The notes under the pieces were generated by a model. It had not been told where the DNA came from, did not search any database, and was given only the letters and a program-made list of their open reading frames with translations. A stretch of 64,000 nt of DNA from Malacoraja senta. Lineage: Eukaryota. Shown piece by piece: positions 37,186 through 49,584 of this stretch. A program made the position numbers and the translations under genes. Where the stretch lies: NCBI GenBank assembly GCA_038087875.1, contig JAXLNO010005563.1, positions 1 to 64,000 on the forward strand, given 5' to 3'. How positions within the stretch are numbered: position 1 is the stretch's first letter; the number at the start of each line of letters is the position of its first letter.

Positions 37186-40100
37186 TGGGCTGTGGATGGG
37201 AGCAGTGGTCCTGGGCTGTCGTGAGGAGCAGTGGTCCTGGGCTGTGGATGGGAGCAGTGGTCCTGGGCTGTGGATGGGAGCAGTGGTCCTGGGCTGTGGA
37301 TGGGAGCAGTGGTCCTGGGCTGTGGATGGGAGCAGTGGTCCTGGGCTGTGGATACATACATAGATACATAGAAAATAGGTGCAGGAGTAGGCCATTCGGC
37401 CCTTCGAGCCTGCACCGCCATTCAATACGATCATGGCTGATCATCCAACTCAGTATCCCGTACCTGCCTTCTCTCCATACCCCCTGATCCCTTTAGCCAC
37501 AAGGGCCACATCTAATTCCCTCTTAAATATAGCCAATGAACTGGCCTCAACTACCCTCTGTGGCAGAGAGTTCCAGAGATTCACCACTCTCTGTGTGAAA
37601 AAGTTTTTCCTCATCTCGGTCTTAAAGGATTTCCCCCTTATCCTTAAGCTGTGACACCTTGTCCTGGACTTCCCCAACATCGGGAACAATCTTCCTGCAT
37701 CTAGCCTGTCCAACCCCATAAGAATTTTGTACGTTTCTATAAGATCCCCTCTCAATCTCCTAAATTCTAGCGAGTATAAGCCAAGTCTATCCAGTCTTTC
37801 TTCATATGAAAGTCCTGACATCCCAGGAATCAGTCTGGTGAACCTTCTCTGCACTCCCTCTATGGCTATAATGTCCTTCCTCAGATTTGGAGACAAAAAC
37901 TGTACGCAATACTCCAGGTGTGGTCTCACCAAGACCCTGTACAACTGCAGTAGAACCTCCCTGCTCCTATACTCAAATCCTCTTGCTATGAAGGCCAACA
38001 TACCATTCGCTTTCTTCACTGCCTGCTGCACCTGCATGCCTACTTTCAATGACTGGTGTACCATGACACCCAGGTCTCGCTGCATCTCCCCATTTCCCTA
38101 ATCGGCCACCATTTAGATAATAGTCTGCCTTCCCGTTTTTTGCTACCAAAGTGGATAACCTCACATTTATCCACATTATACTGCATCTTGCCAAACATTT
38201 GCCCACTCACCCAGCCTATCCAAGTCACCTTGCAGTCTCCTAGCATCCTCCTCACAGCTAACACTGCCCCCCAGCTTAGTGTCATCCGCAAACTTGGAGA
38301 TGTTGCTTTCAATTCCCTCGTCCAGATCATTAATATAAATTGTAAATAGCTGGGGTCCCAGCACTGAGCCTTGCGGTACCCCACTAGTCACTGCCTGCCA
38401 TTGTGAAAAGGACTCGTTTACTCCTACTCTTTGCTTCCTGTTTGCCAGCCAGTTCTCTATCCACATCAATACTGAACCCCCAATACCATGTGATTTAAGT
38501 TTGTATCCTAATCTCTTATGTGGTACCTTGTCGAAAGCCTTCTGAAAGTCCAGATACAACACATCCACTGGTTCTCCCCTATCCACTCTACTAGTTACAT
38601 CCTCGAAAAATTCTATAAGATTCGTCAGATACGATTTACCTTTCGTAAATCCATGCTGACTTTGTCCAATGATTTCACCACTTTCCAAATGTGCTGCTAT
38701 CCCATCTTTAATAACTGACTCTAGCAGTTTCCCCACTACCGATGTTAGACTAACTGGTCTGTAATTCCCCGTTTTCTCTCTCCCTCCCTTCTTAAAAAGT
38801 GGGGTTACGTTTGCTACCCTCCAATCCTCAGGAACTACTCCAGAATCTAAAGAGTTTTGAAAAATTATCACTAATGCATCCACTATTTTTGGAGCTACTT
38901 CCTTAAGTACTCTGGGATGCAGCCTATCTGGCCCTGGTGATTTATCGGCCTTTAATCCATTCAATTTACCCAACACCACTTCCCGACTAACCTGGATTTC
39001 ACTCAGTTCCTCCATCTCCTTTGACCCGCGGCCCCCTGCTATTTCCGGCAGATTATTTATGTCTTCCTTAGTGAAGACGGAACCAAAGTAGTTATTCAAT
39101 TGGTCTGCCATATCCTTGTTCCCCATGATCAATTCACCTGTTTCTGACTGCAAGGGACCTACATTTGATTTAACTAATCTCTTTCTCTTCACATATCTAT
39201 AAAAACTTTTGCAGTCAGTTTTTATGTTCCCTGCCAGTTTCCTTTCACAATCTATTTTCCCTTTCCTCTGCTGGTCTCTGAATTTCTCCCAGTCCTCTGG
39301 TATGCTGCTTTTTCTGGCTAATTTGTACGCATCATCTTTTGCTTTGATACTATCCCTGATTTCCCTTGTTATCCACGGATGCACTGCCTTCCTTGATTTA
39401 TTCTTTTGCCAAACTGGGATGAACAATTTTTGTAGTTCATCCATGCAGTCTTTAAATGCCTTCCATTGCATATCCACCGTCAACCCTTTTAGAACTAATT
39501 GCCAGTCAATCTTGGCCAATTCACGTCTCATACCCTCAAAGTTACCTTTCTTTAAGTTCAGAACCGTTGTTTCTGAATTAACAATGTCACTCTCCATCCT
39601 AATGAAGAACTCAACCATATTATGATCACTCTTGCCCAAGGGGGCACGCACAACAAGTCTGCTAACTAACCCTTCCTCATTACTCAATACCCAGTCTAGA
39701 ATAGCCTGCTCTCTCGTTGGTTCCTCTACATGTTGGTTTAGATAACTATCCCTCATACATTCCAAGAAATCCTCTTCCTCAGCACCCCTGCCAATTTGAT
39801 TCACCCAATCTATATGTAGATTGAAGTCACCCATTATAACTGTTTTGCCTTTGTTGCACGCATTTCTAATTTCCTGTTTGATGCCATCCCCAACTTCACT
39901 ACTACTGCTAGGTGGCCTGTACACAACACCCACCAGCGTTTTCTGCCCCTTAGTGTTTCGCAGCTCTACCCATACCGATTCCACATCCTCCAAGCTAATG
40001 TCCTTCCTTTCCACTGCGTTAATCTCCTCTCTAACCAGCAACGCTACCCCACCTCCTTTTCCTTTCTCTCTATCCCTCCTGAATATTGAATATCCCTGGA

Positions 40101-40945
40101 TGTTCAGCTCCCAGCCTTGGTCACCTTGGAGCCATGTCTCCGTGATCCCAACTATATCATAATCATTAATTGCTATCTGCACGTTCAACTCATCCACCTT
40201 ATTACGAATGCTCCTTGCATTGAGACACAAAGCCTTCAGGCTTGTTTTTACAACGCTCTTACCCCTTATACAATTATGTTGAAAAGTGGCTCTTTTTGAT
40301 TTTTGCCCTGGATTTGTCTGCCTGCCACTTTTACCTTTCACCTTGCTACCTATTGCTTCCGCCCGCATTTTACACGCCTCTGTTTCTCTGCTCACCCATT
40401 TAAGAACCCCACCACCTCTTATTCTCTGTTTATTATTGTTTTCTTCTTTCCCCCCTACATGTTGGGTCTGAGTGCTTTCCTTCTCTGCCTCCTGCCTCAC
40501 ACACTGTCTAATAGCATTCTCTATTTGACTCCCTCCCCCCAACCATTCTAGTTTAAAGTCTCCCCAGTAGCCTTTGCAGATCTCCCCGCCAGGATATCGG
40601 TCCCCCTCAGGTTCAAGTGCAACCCATCCTTTTTGTACAGGTCGAACCTTCCACAAAAGAAGTCCCAATGATCCAGAAATTTGAATCCCTGCCTTCTGCA
40701 CCAGTCCTTCAGCCACGCATTTATCCTCCACCTCGCTCCATTCCTACTCTCACTGTCGCGTGGTACAGGCAGTAATCCCGAGATTGTTACCTTTGCTGTC
40801 CTTCTCTTTAACTCCCCTCCTAACTCCCTAAATTCTCCTTTCAGGACCTCTTCTCTTTTTGGGAGCATTGGTCCTGGGCTGTGGATGGGAGCAGTGGTCC
40901 TGGGCTGTGGATGGGAGCAGTGGTCCTGGGCTGTGGATGGGAGCA
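37186..40945. repeat. 26-bp minisatellite (GGGAGCAGTGGTCCTGGGCTGTGGAT) split by a CR1
   Basis: Arrays at 37186-37353 and 40861-40945, in register across the insertion. Confidence 0.9.
37354..40860 (-). mobile_element. CR1 LINE, 3.5 kb, 5'-truncated in ORF1 (SGNH esterase-like), nearly intact ORF2 (APE + RT)
   Basis: ORF1 end ISGLLP..WCRRQGF.FLDHW..DGLHLN. ORF2 CLNARSI, GITETW, GDFN, FADD, with frameshifts near 38190 and 38090. (CTAT/GTAT)n-type tail. Confidence 0.93.
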
Positions 40946-41719
40946 GAGCTCAGGGTAGAGACAGGGAGTCTCCCCGTGTGTCTGATGTGGATCTACATCT
41001 CCAGGGCATGAGGTCGGTGAGAACACTACAGCTCTCTACTGAATTGTGTTTGCTTCTTTGATTAATTCTGCTGACTTTTCCTTTCAATTGTTGTCATTTG
41101 AAGTGTCCAGGGTTTTTAATGATTATTTCTTCTGGTGCAACTGTAATTGTGCTGATTCTGTGCTGTATCTTTGAACTAAAAGGATGTTTCTACTGGTGGG
41201 AGAGTCTCGGACCAGAGGGCACAGTGTCAGAATAAAAGGATGTATCTTTGGAATCTTATTTGTGGAATTCCCTGCTACAGAGGGCAGTGGAGGCCAAATC
41301 ACTGGATGGAATTAAGAGAGAGTTAGATAGAGCTCTAGGGGCTGGTGGAATCACGGGATATGGGGAGAAGGCAGGCACGGGTTATTGATTGGGTTAATCA
41401 GCCATGATCGCAATGAATGGTGGTGCTGGCTCGAAGGGCCGAATGGCCTCCTCCTGCACCTATTTTCTATCTTTACTAAAGTGATGATACCCTAACCTTA
41501 TCACAACTGAAATTGAATCTGGCTGATGTAAAATGTAGAAACCAAGACCTGTAGATGCTGGTTTATATCAAAGATAGACACATTGCTGGAGTCACTGAGT
41601 GGGTCAGGCAGCATCTCTGGAGAAACAAGTGATTTTGGGATGGAATAGAAGAAGGGTTTTTACCCAAAATATCACCCATCATTTTCCTCCAGAGAAGGTG
41701 CCTGACCTGCTGAGTTTCT

Positions 41720-42130
41720 CCAGCACTCTTATCATAGTCTTCTCTATATCCCGCAGCTCTGCTCTTACTCCTCATCCCCCTACTCGTAACAAGGACAGAG
41801 TCCCCTATGTCCTCACCTTCCACCCTACCAGCCGTCACATACAACAGATAATCCTCCAACATTTTCGCCACCTTCATCGGGATCCCACCACTGGCCTCAT
41901 CTTCCCATTCTCCAATTTCAGTGGTTTCTCCCTCTTTCCCCTTCCCAGCTCTCCCACAGCCTACTGTCTCTGCCTTTATCCCGCACCCCCACCCCAACTT
42001 CAGTCTGAACAAGGGTCTCGACCTGAAACGTCAACTATTCCTTCTCTCCATAGATGCTGCCTCACCCGCTGAGTTACTCCAGCATTTTTGTCAACCTTCG
42101 ATTTTTCCAGCTTCTGCAGTTCTCTCTTAA
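41720..42130 (+). mobile_element. Penelope-like element fragment
   Basis: KDRVPYVLTFHPTSRHIQQIILQHFRHLHRDPTT matches the region upstream of the GIY-YIG domain at 48470-48880; followed by terminal repeat. Confidence 0.7.
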
Positions 42131-43487
42131 TCCACACGGTGGGAGTGTTGACCACAGATTGGACGGGCCTGCAGTGCAGCAGATCCCCACACGGTGGAAG
42201 TGTTGACCACAAATTGGAGCGACCTGTTGTGTGAATTCACTGCACATTGGGAGCGCTGTCTACAAATTAGATATTGTGCTCTTTACTGCAAGATGGTTCT
42301 TTATTGCTCTGTGACCCTTTACCTTTCCCCGTAATGCACCAATTGCACAGATGCCAAACTTAGTAAAAGCCCTGAAACCAGGGAAGATTTGGGATGAAAA
42401 TCAAGGAACTGCAGGTGCTGATTTACAACAAAAAAAACACAAAGTGCTGGAGTAACTCAGCGGGTCAGGCAGCATCTGTGGAGAACATGGATAGGTGACG
42501 TTTCACAGAGTGCTGGAATAACTCGCGTTTGATGCCCATAGTAAGAGTTACAGCATTGGGCAGCTCATTCAGGGAGTTCACTGTATGTGTGAAGTGTGTC
42601 TTTGATATAGCTGGCATGTTGCTGAGCCAGTTTGATTATGAAAATAGACAATGTGTTCTTCTGCCCTGTAGGATTCACTACTGCAGACACATTTGAATTT
42701 CACTGTACCTTAATTGGTACATGTGACCATAAACTGACCTTGAAACATTGGGCCTAGAGTTATTTTTCCAGACCCTGCCCACCCAGTGTTTGATATTTTG
42801 AAGTGAATGTAGAATCTTCTCACCTGCTGCTGTTTCTCCCTCTACAGTTATTCTACTTGTTTCTGGTTGATGTGCCAAGGTCGTTGGAGATCTTCTAATG
42901 TCCCCAGTTTTCTATGGTTTGTGATAGATGGGCTTTGTCAACTTGCTGTTCCAAGTACTGCTTGTAAATAGAGGGTGTGGTCAAGGATGTCAGGAGATTT
43001 CAATCATTAAAGTGATTTTATTTTGCTATAACCAAGTCTATCTAATCTAGTCTTTGTGGAGATGATATGACGATAAGGCCCTTGTTTAGACCTTCTTGTG
43101 GTTTCAATGGGGATAAATCTTTGAGAAAGATGAACAATGTCCTTTCCTAATTGCTTTGTGGTCACGTTCCTTGTATTTCAGGGTGCTGGAATGTTGAGCA
43201 GAAGTGCTGGAGGAACTCTGAGGGTCAGGCAGCATCTGTGGGGAAAATAGACAATGGCATTTTGGGTTGGAAACCTACAGACTGGAGTTGGGGGCGAAAG
43301 ATGGAAAGTGGGGGTGGGACAAAGCCTGGCATGTGGAGGTGGGTGGTTGGCAGATGGATGGAATAAGTAACAAAGTCCAGAGGTGAAAGTGATAAAACAT
43401 GTTGGATAAGAAGGGTAGAGGTGTGGAAGATGAAGCCAGAGGGAGGTTTATGGGTGAATGGGACATGGGAGGGGATAGTTCAAGTTC

Positions 43488-44015
43488 AAGTGAGTTTATT
43501 GTCATGTGTCCCTGATAGGACAATGACATTCTTGCTTTGCTTCAGCACAACAGAACATAGTAGGCATTGACTACAAAACAGATCAGTGTGTCCATATACC
43601 ATTATATAAATATATACACACATGAATAAATAAACTGATGAAGTACAAATAACATATAATGGGCTATTAATGTTCAGAGTTTTGTCCGAGCCAAGTTTAA
43701 TAGCCTGATGGCTGTGGGGAAGTAGCTATTCCTGACATGGATGTTGCAGTCTTCAGCCTCCTGTACCTTCTACCTGAAGGTAGCGGGGAGATGAGTGTGT
43801 GGCCAGGATGATGTGGGTCCTTGATGATGCTGCCAGCCTTTTTGAGGCAGCGACTGCGATAGATCCCCTCGATGGAAGGAAGGTCATAGCCGATGATGGA
43901 CTGGGCAGTGTTTACTAATTTGTGTAATCTTTTCCTCTCCAAGGCGCTCATGTTGCTGAACCAAGCCACGATGCAACCGGTCAGCACGCTCTCTAGTGTG
44001 CACCTGTAGAAGTTA
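43488..44015 (-). mobile_element. Rex1/Babar LINE 3' end
   Basis: NFYRCTLESVLTGCIVAWF...LPSGRRYR; tail nearly identical to 22217-22755. Confidence 0.85.
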
Positions 44016-44016
44016 A

Positions 44017-44504
44017 AGGCCTGTCTCATGAGTCTGCGGTCATTGGCGGCGAAACGGGAAGAATCTGCCGCCATAGACCGCGCACTCGTGAGAACGTACA
44101 ATTCCGGGGCCGTGCGGCGGTGTTCCCAACACCGCACGGTGCTAAAATAAAACCGACAATGTTGAAAACAATAATCTTACCGCACAACCTCCGCCAGTGA
44201 GGCACGTGTGCGGCACGGCCGCAGACACAGCCACCGCTACAGCGCCGCGATCAGGACGGCCGCCGCCACAGCCGCGGCTAGTGAGTCACGTGCGGCGGGC
44301 CGACGTCATCGCAGTCGGCCCGCCCTTTTTTTTACTTACCGCAAGCACGTGGGACCCGCCGTGTTTGAATTACTCGGCCCACGCGCAGCATCCGTGAGGC
44401 GCTCCAGTGGATAGGCTCGGCGCTCTCGCCGTTGCCGCGCGGTCCCCACTACCGGCGACGCCGCGCTTCACCGCCGATGACCGCAAACAGGTAAGACAGA
44501 GCCT
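44017..44504. mobile_element. PIF/Harbinger-type MITE (488 bp, CpG-rich)
   Basis: TAA on both sides (44014-16, 44505-07). Imperfect ~40-bp TIRs AGGCCTGTCT..TGCGGTCATTGGCGGCGAA / TTCACCGCCGATGACCGCA..AGACAGAGCCT. Confidence 0.68.
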
Positions 44505-44507
44505 TAA

Positions 44508-47500
44508 TATTCAGTACCCATTCATAAGGATCATTGTAGATACCTAAAATTTAACTGGATGGGGCAACTATGGCAGTATAAAGCGTTGCCTAATGGGTTA
44601 ACATCAGCCCCAAGACTATTTACCAAGATATTGAAACCAGCCTTGGCAATACTAAGGAAACAAAAACATATTGTTATGGCATAACTTGATGATATTTTGA
44701 TTATGGGGAAAACCCAGGAATTAGCTAAATCAGCGGTTTTAGCTACCAAACATCTGTTTGAAACACTGGGGTTTATCATACATACATCTAAGTTGACACC
44801 ATCCACAACTATGGACTATCTGGGATTCACAATTAACTCTGTCCACATGTCTGTAACATTGCCAAAGGACAAAGCAGCAGATTTGGTGGAAGCCTGCAAC
44901 AAATTGATTGTTACTAATCAACCATCTATTCGACAGGTGGCAAAAGTGATTGGGAAACTAGTAGCAGCATTTCCAGCTACTCAGTTTGGACCTTTGCATT
45001 ACCAAAATTTACAAAGGGCAAAGGTGCAAGCGCTAAAACAACATGAAGGTCATTTTGATCGACATATGCAATTACCAGCCAAAGCAATTTTGGAGTTACA
45101 ATGGTGGAGAGAAAACATTTGGCATAGTTCCAGCCCCATCGTTATCAGTAACCCATCATTCACATTACAAACGGATGCCAGTGCTCAGGGCTGGGGAGCA
45201 ACTAACACTATATCTAGTACTGGTGGTAGATGGAACATACAAGAATCATCACTACTACAGACACTGGGTACAAATTACTTAGAAATGTTGGGTGCGTTTT
45301 ATGGGCTAAAAGCTTACTGTTCAACTATGCACCATTTGCATGTCTGCCTACAAATTGACAATACCACAGTGGTGGCTTATATTAATCATATGGGTGGAAT
45401 AAAATCGATATCGTGTGACGATATGGTCAGCACAATCTGGCAATGGTGTGTCGACAGACATATTTGGCTATCAGCAACTTACCTACCAGGTAAGCTCAAT
45501 ACAGTGGCAGACACCAGGTCACGAAAATTTAATGACAACACCGAATGGATGTTGAACCACAAAGTATTTGCTGATAGTACAATGCGGTATGGTACACCTG
45601 ATATCGATCTCTTTGCATCCAGACTGAATCACCAGTTACCAACATATGTCGCTTGGGAACCAGACCCTGAGGCAGCAGCGATGGACGCTTTTTCGCTGAA
45701 TTGGGGAAAATTGTTTTTCTATGCCTTCCCCCCCTTCTGCCTCATCAGTCGGGTCCTACGCAAAATACAAATGGACTCAGCTTCAGGTATTTTGGTAGTG
45801 CCCGATTGGCATACACAGCCATGATTCCCTGTGGTCCTCGACATGGTCTCTGAACCACTCATGCCCATTCCCAAAAGACCAGATCTCTTGGTCCATCCTG
45901 TTACGGGCGAAAGTCATCCGTGCCATGACAGGATAAATCTGTTGGCTTGAAGAATTTGAATAGACCTCTGTTGGATCTGGGATAATCGGACAGGACCATG
46001 AACATGATCACGGCGGCCTCCCGAGAATCGACTAAGAAGCAGTACCTCTCCAGCATTCGGAAGTGGGAAACGTACTGCTCAAGGACTGGGGTAGCATACA
46101 AATCAGCTACAATTACCAATGTCCTGGAGTTCCTATCCAGCCTTCACTTTGATCTTCTTCTTCTTTTCGTGTCTTTGAAGCTGGTTGGCTATGACAGTTT
46201 CCCATTCCTTTACAATTGACTGCGTTACAGCACAATTAACAGTGCTAGGAGTGCTCTGTCAGCATATTAATGGCAGGCACCGGGACAGCAGTCCATGGGA
46301 TCCCACCCTCTAGTTGCCAAACTAATGAGGGGTATCTACAACACCAATCCACCCAGACCAAGGTACACCCAGATCTGGGACGTCAGTGTTGTACTGACAT
46401 TGCTAAGGGGTTGGTCACCAGCAATGTCCCTGTCCCTGGAACAGCTCACACTAAAAACCGTAATGCTGATGGCTTTGGTCTCAGCAACTAGAGGGTGGGA
46501 TCCCATGGACTGCTGTCCCGGTGCCTGCCATTAATATGCTGACAGAGCACTCCTATACAAATTAAGATTGGACAATATGAAAACATCAACTGACAAGATA
46601 ACCTTCCGGATTTTGGAGTTGGTCAAACAGAATAGACCGGGAACTTCGGGACTGAGTTTGGATTTCCGGGCATACCCACCTGACCCCCGTTTGTGTGTCA
46701 TGACACACCTACTGCTTTATCTTAGGAAAACAAAAGCCTTGAGGAAGCGAAATGGCATTATGGGTAGCTTCAAACAGCCTCATGGACGGGTGTCAGTACA
46801 GACCATCTCAAGATGGCTCAGACAGGTTCTGGGGGCTGCTGGGGTGGATACTGACATTTTTAAATCTCACTCCACCAGGGCAGCAGCAACATCGGTGGCC
46901 AGAAATATGGAGGTACCAATGGACCATATCCTGGCGACAGCAGGATGGTCTACGGAAAAGACTTTCCAAATATGTTATAATAAGCCGATCGCCAAACCTG
47001 CAGTGTTTGCAGAAAGAATTTTAAGTTCTGCAATATAATTTAGCCCAAGGGAGCATTATTTTCTTTGTTAAAAAATAAATCGTTATTGTTTTTAAAAATT
47101 GATTCATGTTTAATTACGATGACATACTTCCTCCCTTGGGTGACTTCGGCAGTGAGTGAGGCATGGATTTGTTCCACGGCATGAAATCACACATCTTTAA
47201 AATCTTCACGTAGTCACTCACGTAACTCCGAAGTAAAATAGTAAGATTAAACGAGAACTTACCAGTTTGAGGATTGATTTTTATTTTATGAGGAGTTACG
47301 TCGAGGGATTACGTGCCCTCCACGCCCACCCTCTTACAAAGGTCAACTGGTATCCTAGTTCTTCTTATCTACTATGTTTATTTCATTACTATTATTGTGA
47401 TTCTACACCGCTGCTTTGAAGAATTCGCGCATGCGTGCTGGCGGGGTCTTCACGTAATCCCTCGACGTATCTCCTCATAAAATAAAGATCTAACCTCAAA

Positions 47501-47529
47501 CTGGTAAGTTTTCGTTTAATCTTACTATT
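44508..47529 (+). mobile_element. Second DIRS1-type element, 5' part deleted
   Basis: RT (Y of YLDD is TAA at 44682), RNase H/MT (44697-45824), YR (HSTRAA, to 47038), ICR ~47203-47315, right terminus 47452-47529. Confidence 0.92.
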
Positions 47530-47853
47530 ATTACCTCTTTAATAATTGACTCCAGCATCTTTCCCACCACCGAAGTCAGGCTAACTGGTCTGTAATTCCC
47601 CGTTTTCTCTCTCGCTCCTTTCTGGAAAGGTGGGATAACATTAGCTATCCTCCAATCCACAGGAACTGATCCTGAATCTATTGAACATTGGAAAATGATC
47701 ACCAATGCGTCCACTATTTCTTGAGCCACCCCCCTGAGGACCCTGGGATGCAGACCATCAGGTCCAGGGGATTTATCATCCTTCAGTCCCATTAGCCTAC
47801 CCAATACTATTTCTCGCCTAATGAAAAATGCTTTCAGTTCCTCTACCCCCTTA
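47530..47853 (-). mobile_element. CR1 ORF2 fragment cut at the DIRS terminus
   Basis: KSPGPDGLHP...[22 protein letters not shown] ends at the DIRS end. Confidence 0.85.
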
Positions 47854-48099
47854 GAGAGCTAGCTCTCTCTACTTTCATTGCATAGGCCTTGATGAGCGTC
47901 TTGAATTCTAGAAATGTAGCATTAGTGTATAGTCAAATGCTGTTCATTTCAGGTTATTGATTGTGACATGAAAACAGCATGAAAGAGAAAGGTGCAAGTA
48001 CATTTTGGCTTTTTTCAATCTTGCACATAACATATGGTACAAGAATATTACCAGGAATTTTCAGTGCCATGTTAAATCATGATATGTATATTAATATCC

Positions 48100-48880
48100 T
48101 CAAAGGTACACAAAAATGCGGGAGAAACTCAGCGGGTGCAGCAGCATCTATGGAGCGAAGGAAATAGGCAACGTCTCGGGCCAAAACCCTTCTTCAGACT
48201 GATGGGGGGTGGGGAGAAGAAAGGAAAAAGGCGGAGGAGGAGCCCGAGGACTGAGGGATGGGAGGAGGAGCCAGAGGGCTGAGGAGGGGGAGGAGACAGC
48301 AAGGGCTAGAAAAATTGGGAGAATTCAATGTTCATGTCACCAGGATGCAAACTACCCAAGCGGAATATGAGGTGCATTTCCTCCAATTTCCGGTGTTGCT
48401 CGCTCTGGCCATGGAGGAGACCGAGGACAGAAAGGTCGGATACGGAATGGGAGGAGGAGTTGAAGTGCTAAGCCACCGGGAGGTCAGGTTGGTTATTGCG
48501 GACCGAGCGGAGGTATTCGGCGAAACGATCGCCAAGCCTCCGCTTGGTCTCACCGATGTAGATCAGCTGACATCTAGAGCAGCGGATACAATAGATGAGG
48601 TTGGAGGAGATGCAGGTGAACCTCTGTCGCACCTGGAACGACTGCTTGGGTCCTTGAATGGAGTCGAGGGGGGAGGTGAAGGGACAAGTGTTGCATCTCT
48701 TGCGGTTGCAAGGGAAAGTGCCCGGGGAGGGGGTGGTACGGGAGGGAAGGGAAGAATTGACAAGGGAGTTACGGAGGGAGCGGTCTTTGCGGAAGGCAGA
48801 CATGGGGGGAGGTGGGAAGATGTGGCGAGTGGTGGGGTCACGTTGGAGGTGGCGGAACTGACGGAGGATTACTTGTTGGG
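48100..48880 (-). mobile_element. Penelope-like element 3' end (GIY-YIG endonuclease plus terminal repeat)
   Basis: CNRKRCNTC Zn motif, LIYCIRCSRCQLIYIGETKR, ..GSLHPGDMNIEF; followed by CTGAAGAAGGG..CCCGAGACGTT. Confidence 0.85.
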
Positions 48881-49173
48881 CGAAACTGACGGAGGATTAC
48901 TTGTTGGGCGAAACTGACGGAGGATTACTTGTTGGGCGAAACTGATGGAGGATTGATTACTTGTTGGGCGAAACTGATGGAGGATTACTTGTTGGGCGAA
49001 ACTGACGGATTGATTACTTGTTGGGCGAAACCGACGGAGGATTACTTGTTGGGCGAAACTGATGGAGGATTGATTACTTGTTGGGTGAAACTGATGGAGG
49101 ATTGATTACTTGTTGGGTGAAACTGATGGAGGATTACTTGTTGGGCGAAACTGATGGAGGATTGATTACTTGT
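48853..49173. repeat. 28/32-bp minisatellite (GGAGGATTACTTGTTGGGCGAAACTGAC, ~10 copies)
   Basis: Direct inspection; the first unit is continuous with the Penelope coding sequence. Confidence 0.9.
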
Positions 49174-49584
49174 GTAATAACCTCAATGTTGCTTCTTACT
49201 TTATAAGGTGAACATTTACAACAATAATGCCAATCTACTCATTATCCAGCTTGACGGTAAAATAAGCTGCAGGTCTTAATTTGTAACTTTTTAAATGAAA
49301 AATGGTATAACCTACTATTTTATTATCAATCTGAAATAGAAGTGGGAGGAAACAAAGCCTGGCAAGTTATAGGTGGATACAGGCAAGGAGGTTTTATTGG
49401 CGGAAGGGCGGATAAACACAAATAAAAAAGAGACAAGGCTGTCAGATAATGAGAGAAAATGGGTGAAATACAATGCAGAAGGAGGGAGATAATGGGCTTA
49501 TATTCACTGGAATTTAGACTGGGCTTATATTCACTGGAATTTCGACCATTCTATTCCTTCCTCCAGTTCTGGGGGGGGGGGTCC

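Noticed and set aside
40235-40731. N-terminal ~165 aa of the 851-aa ORF as a novel domain
   Set aside because: It is read-through of the CR1 ORF1 end and spacer; the endonuclease starts at CLNARS.
42132-42218. Two 32-bp direct repeats with a short spacer, CRISPR-like
   Set aside because: Only two copies, eukaryotic context and no cas genes: a simple local duplication.
44202-44213. CACGTGTGCGGC shared with the DIRS ITR at 17603
   Set aside because: A 12-bp match in GC-rich DNA with no extended homology.
44400-44496. CAG|GTAAGA after a CpG-rich block as a host first exon
   Set aside because: It lies within the right TIR of the TAA-flanked MITE.
48258-48917. 219-aa plus-strand ORF
   Set aside because: Antisense to the Penelope GIY-YIG region.
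48853-49173. 28-bp repeats as a CRISPR array
   Set aside because: Head-to-tail with no unique spacers, and derived from the adjacent element.
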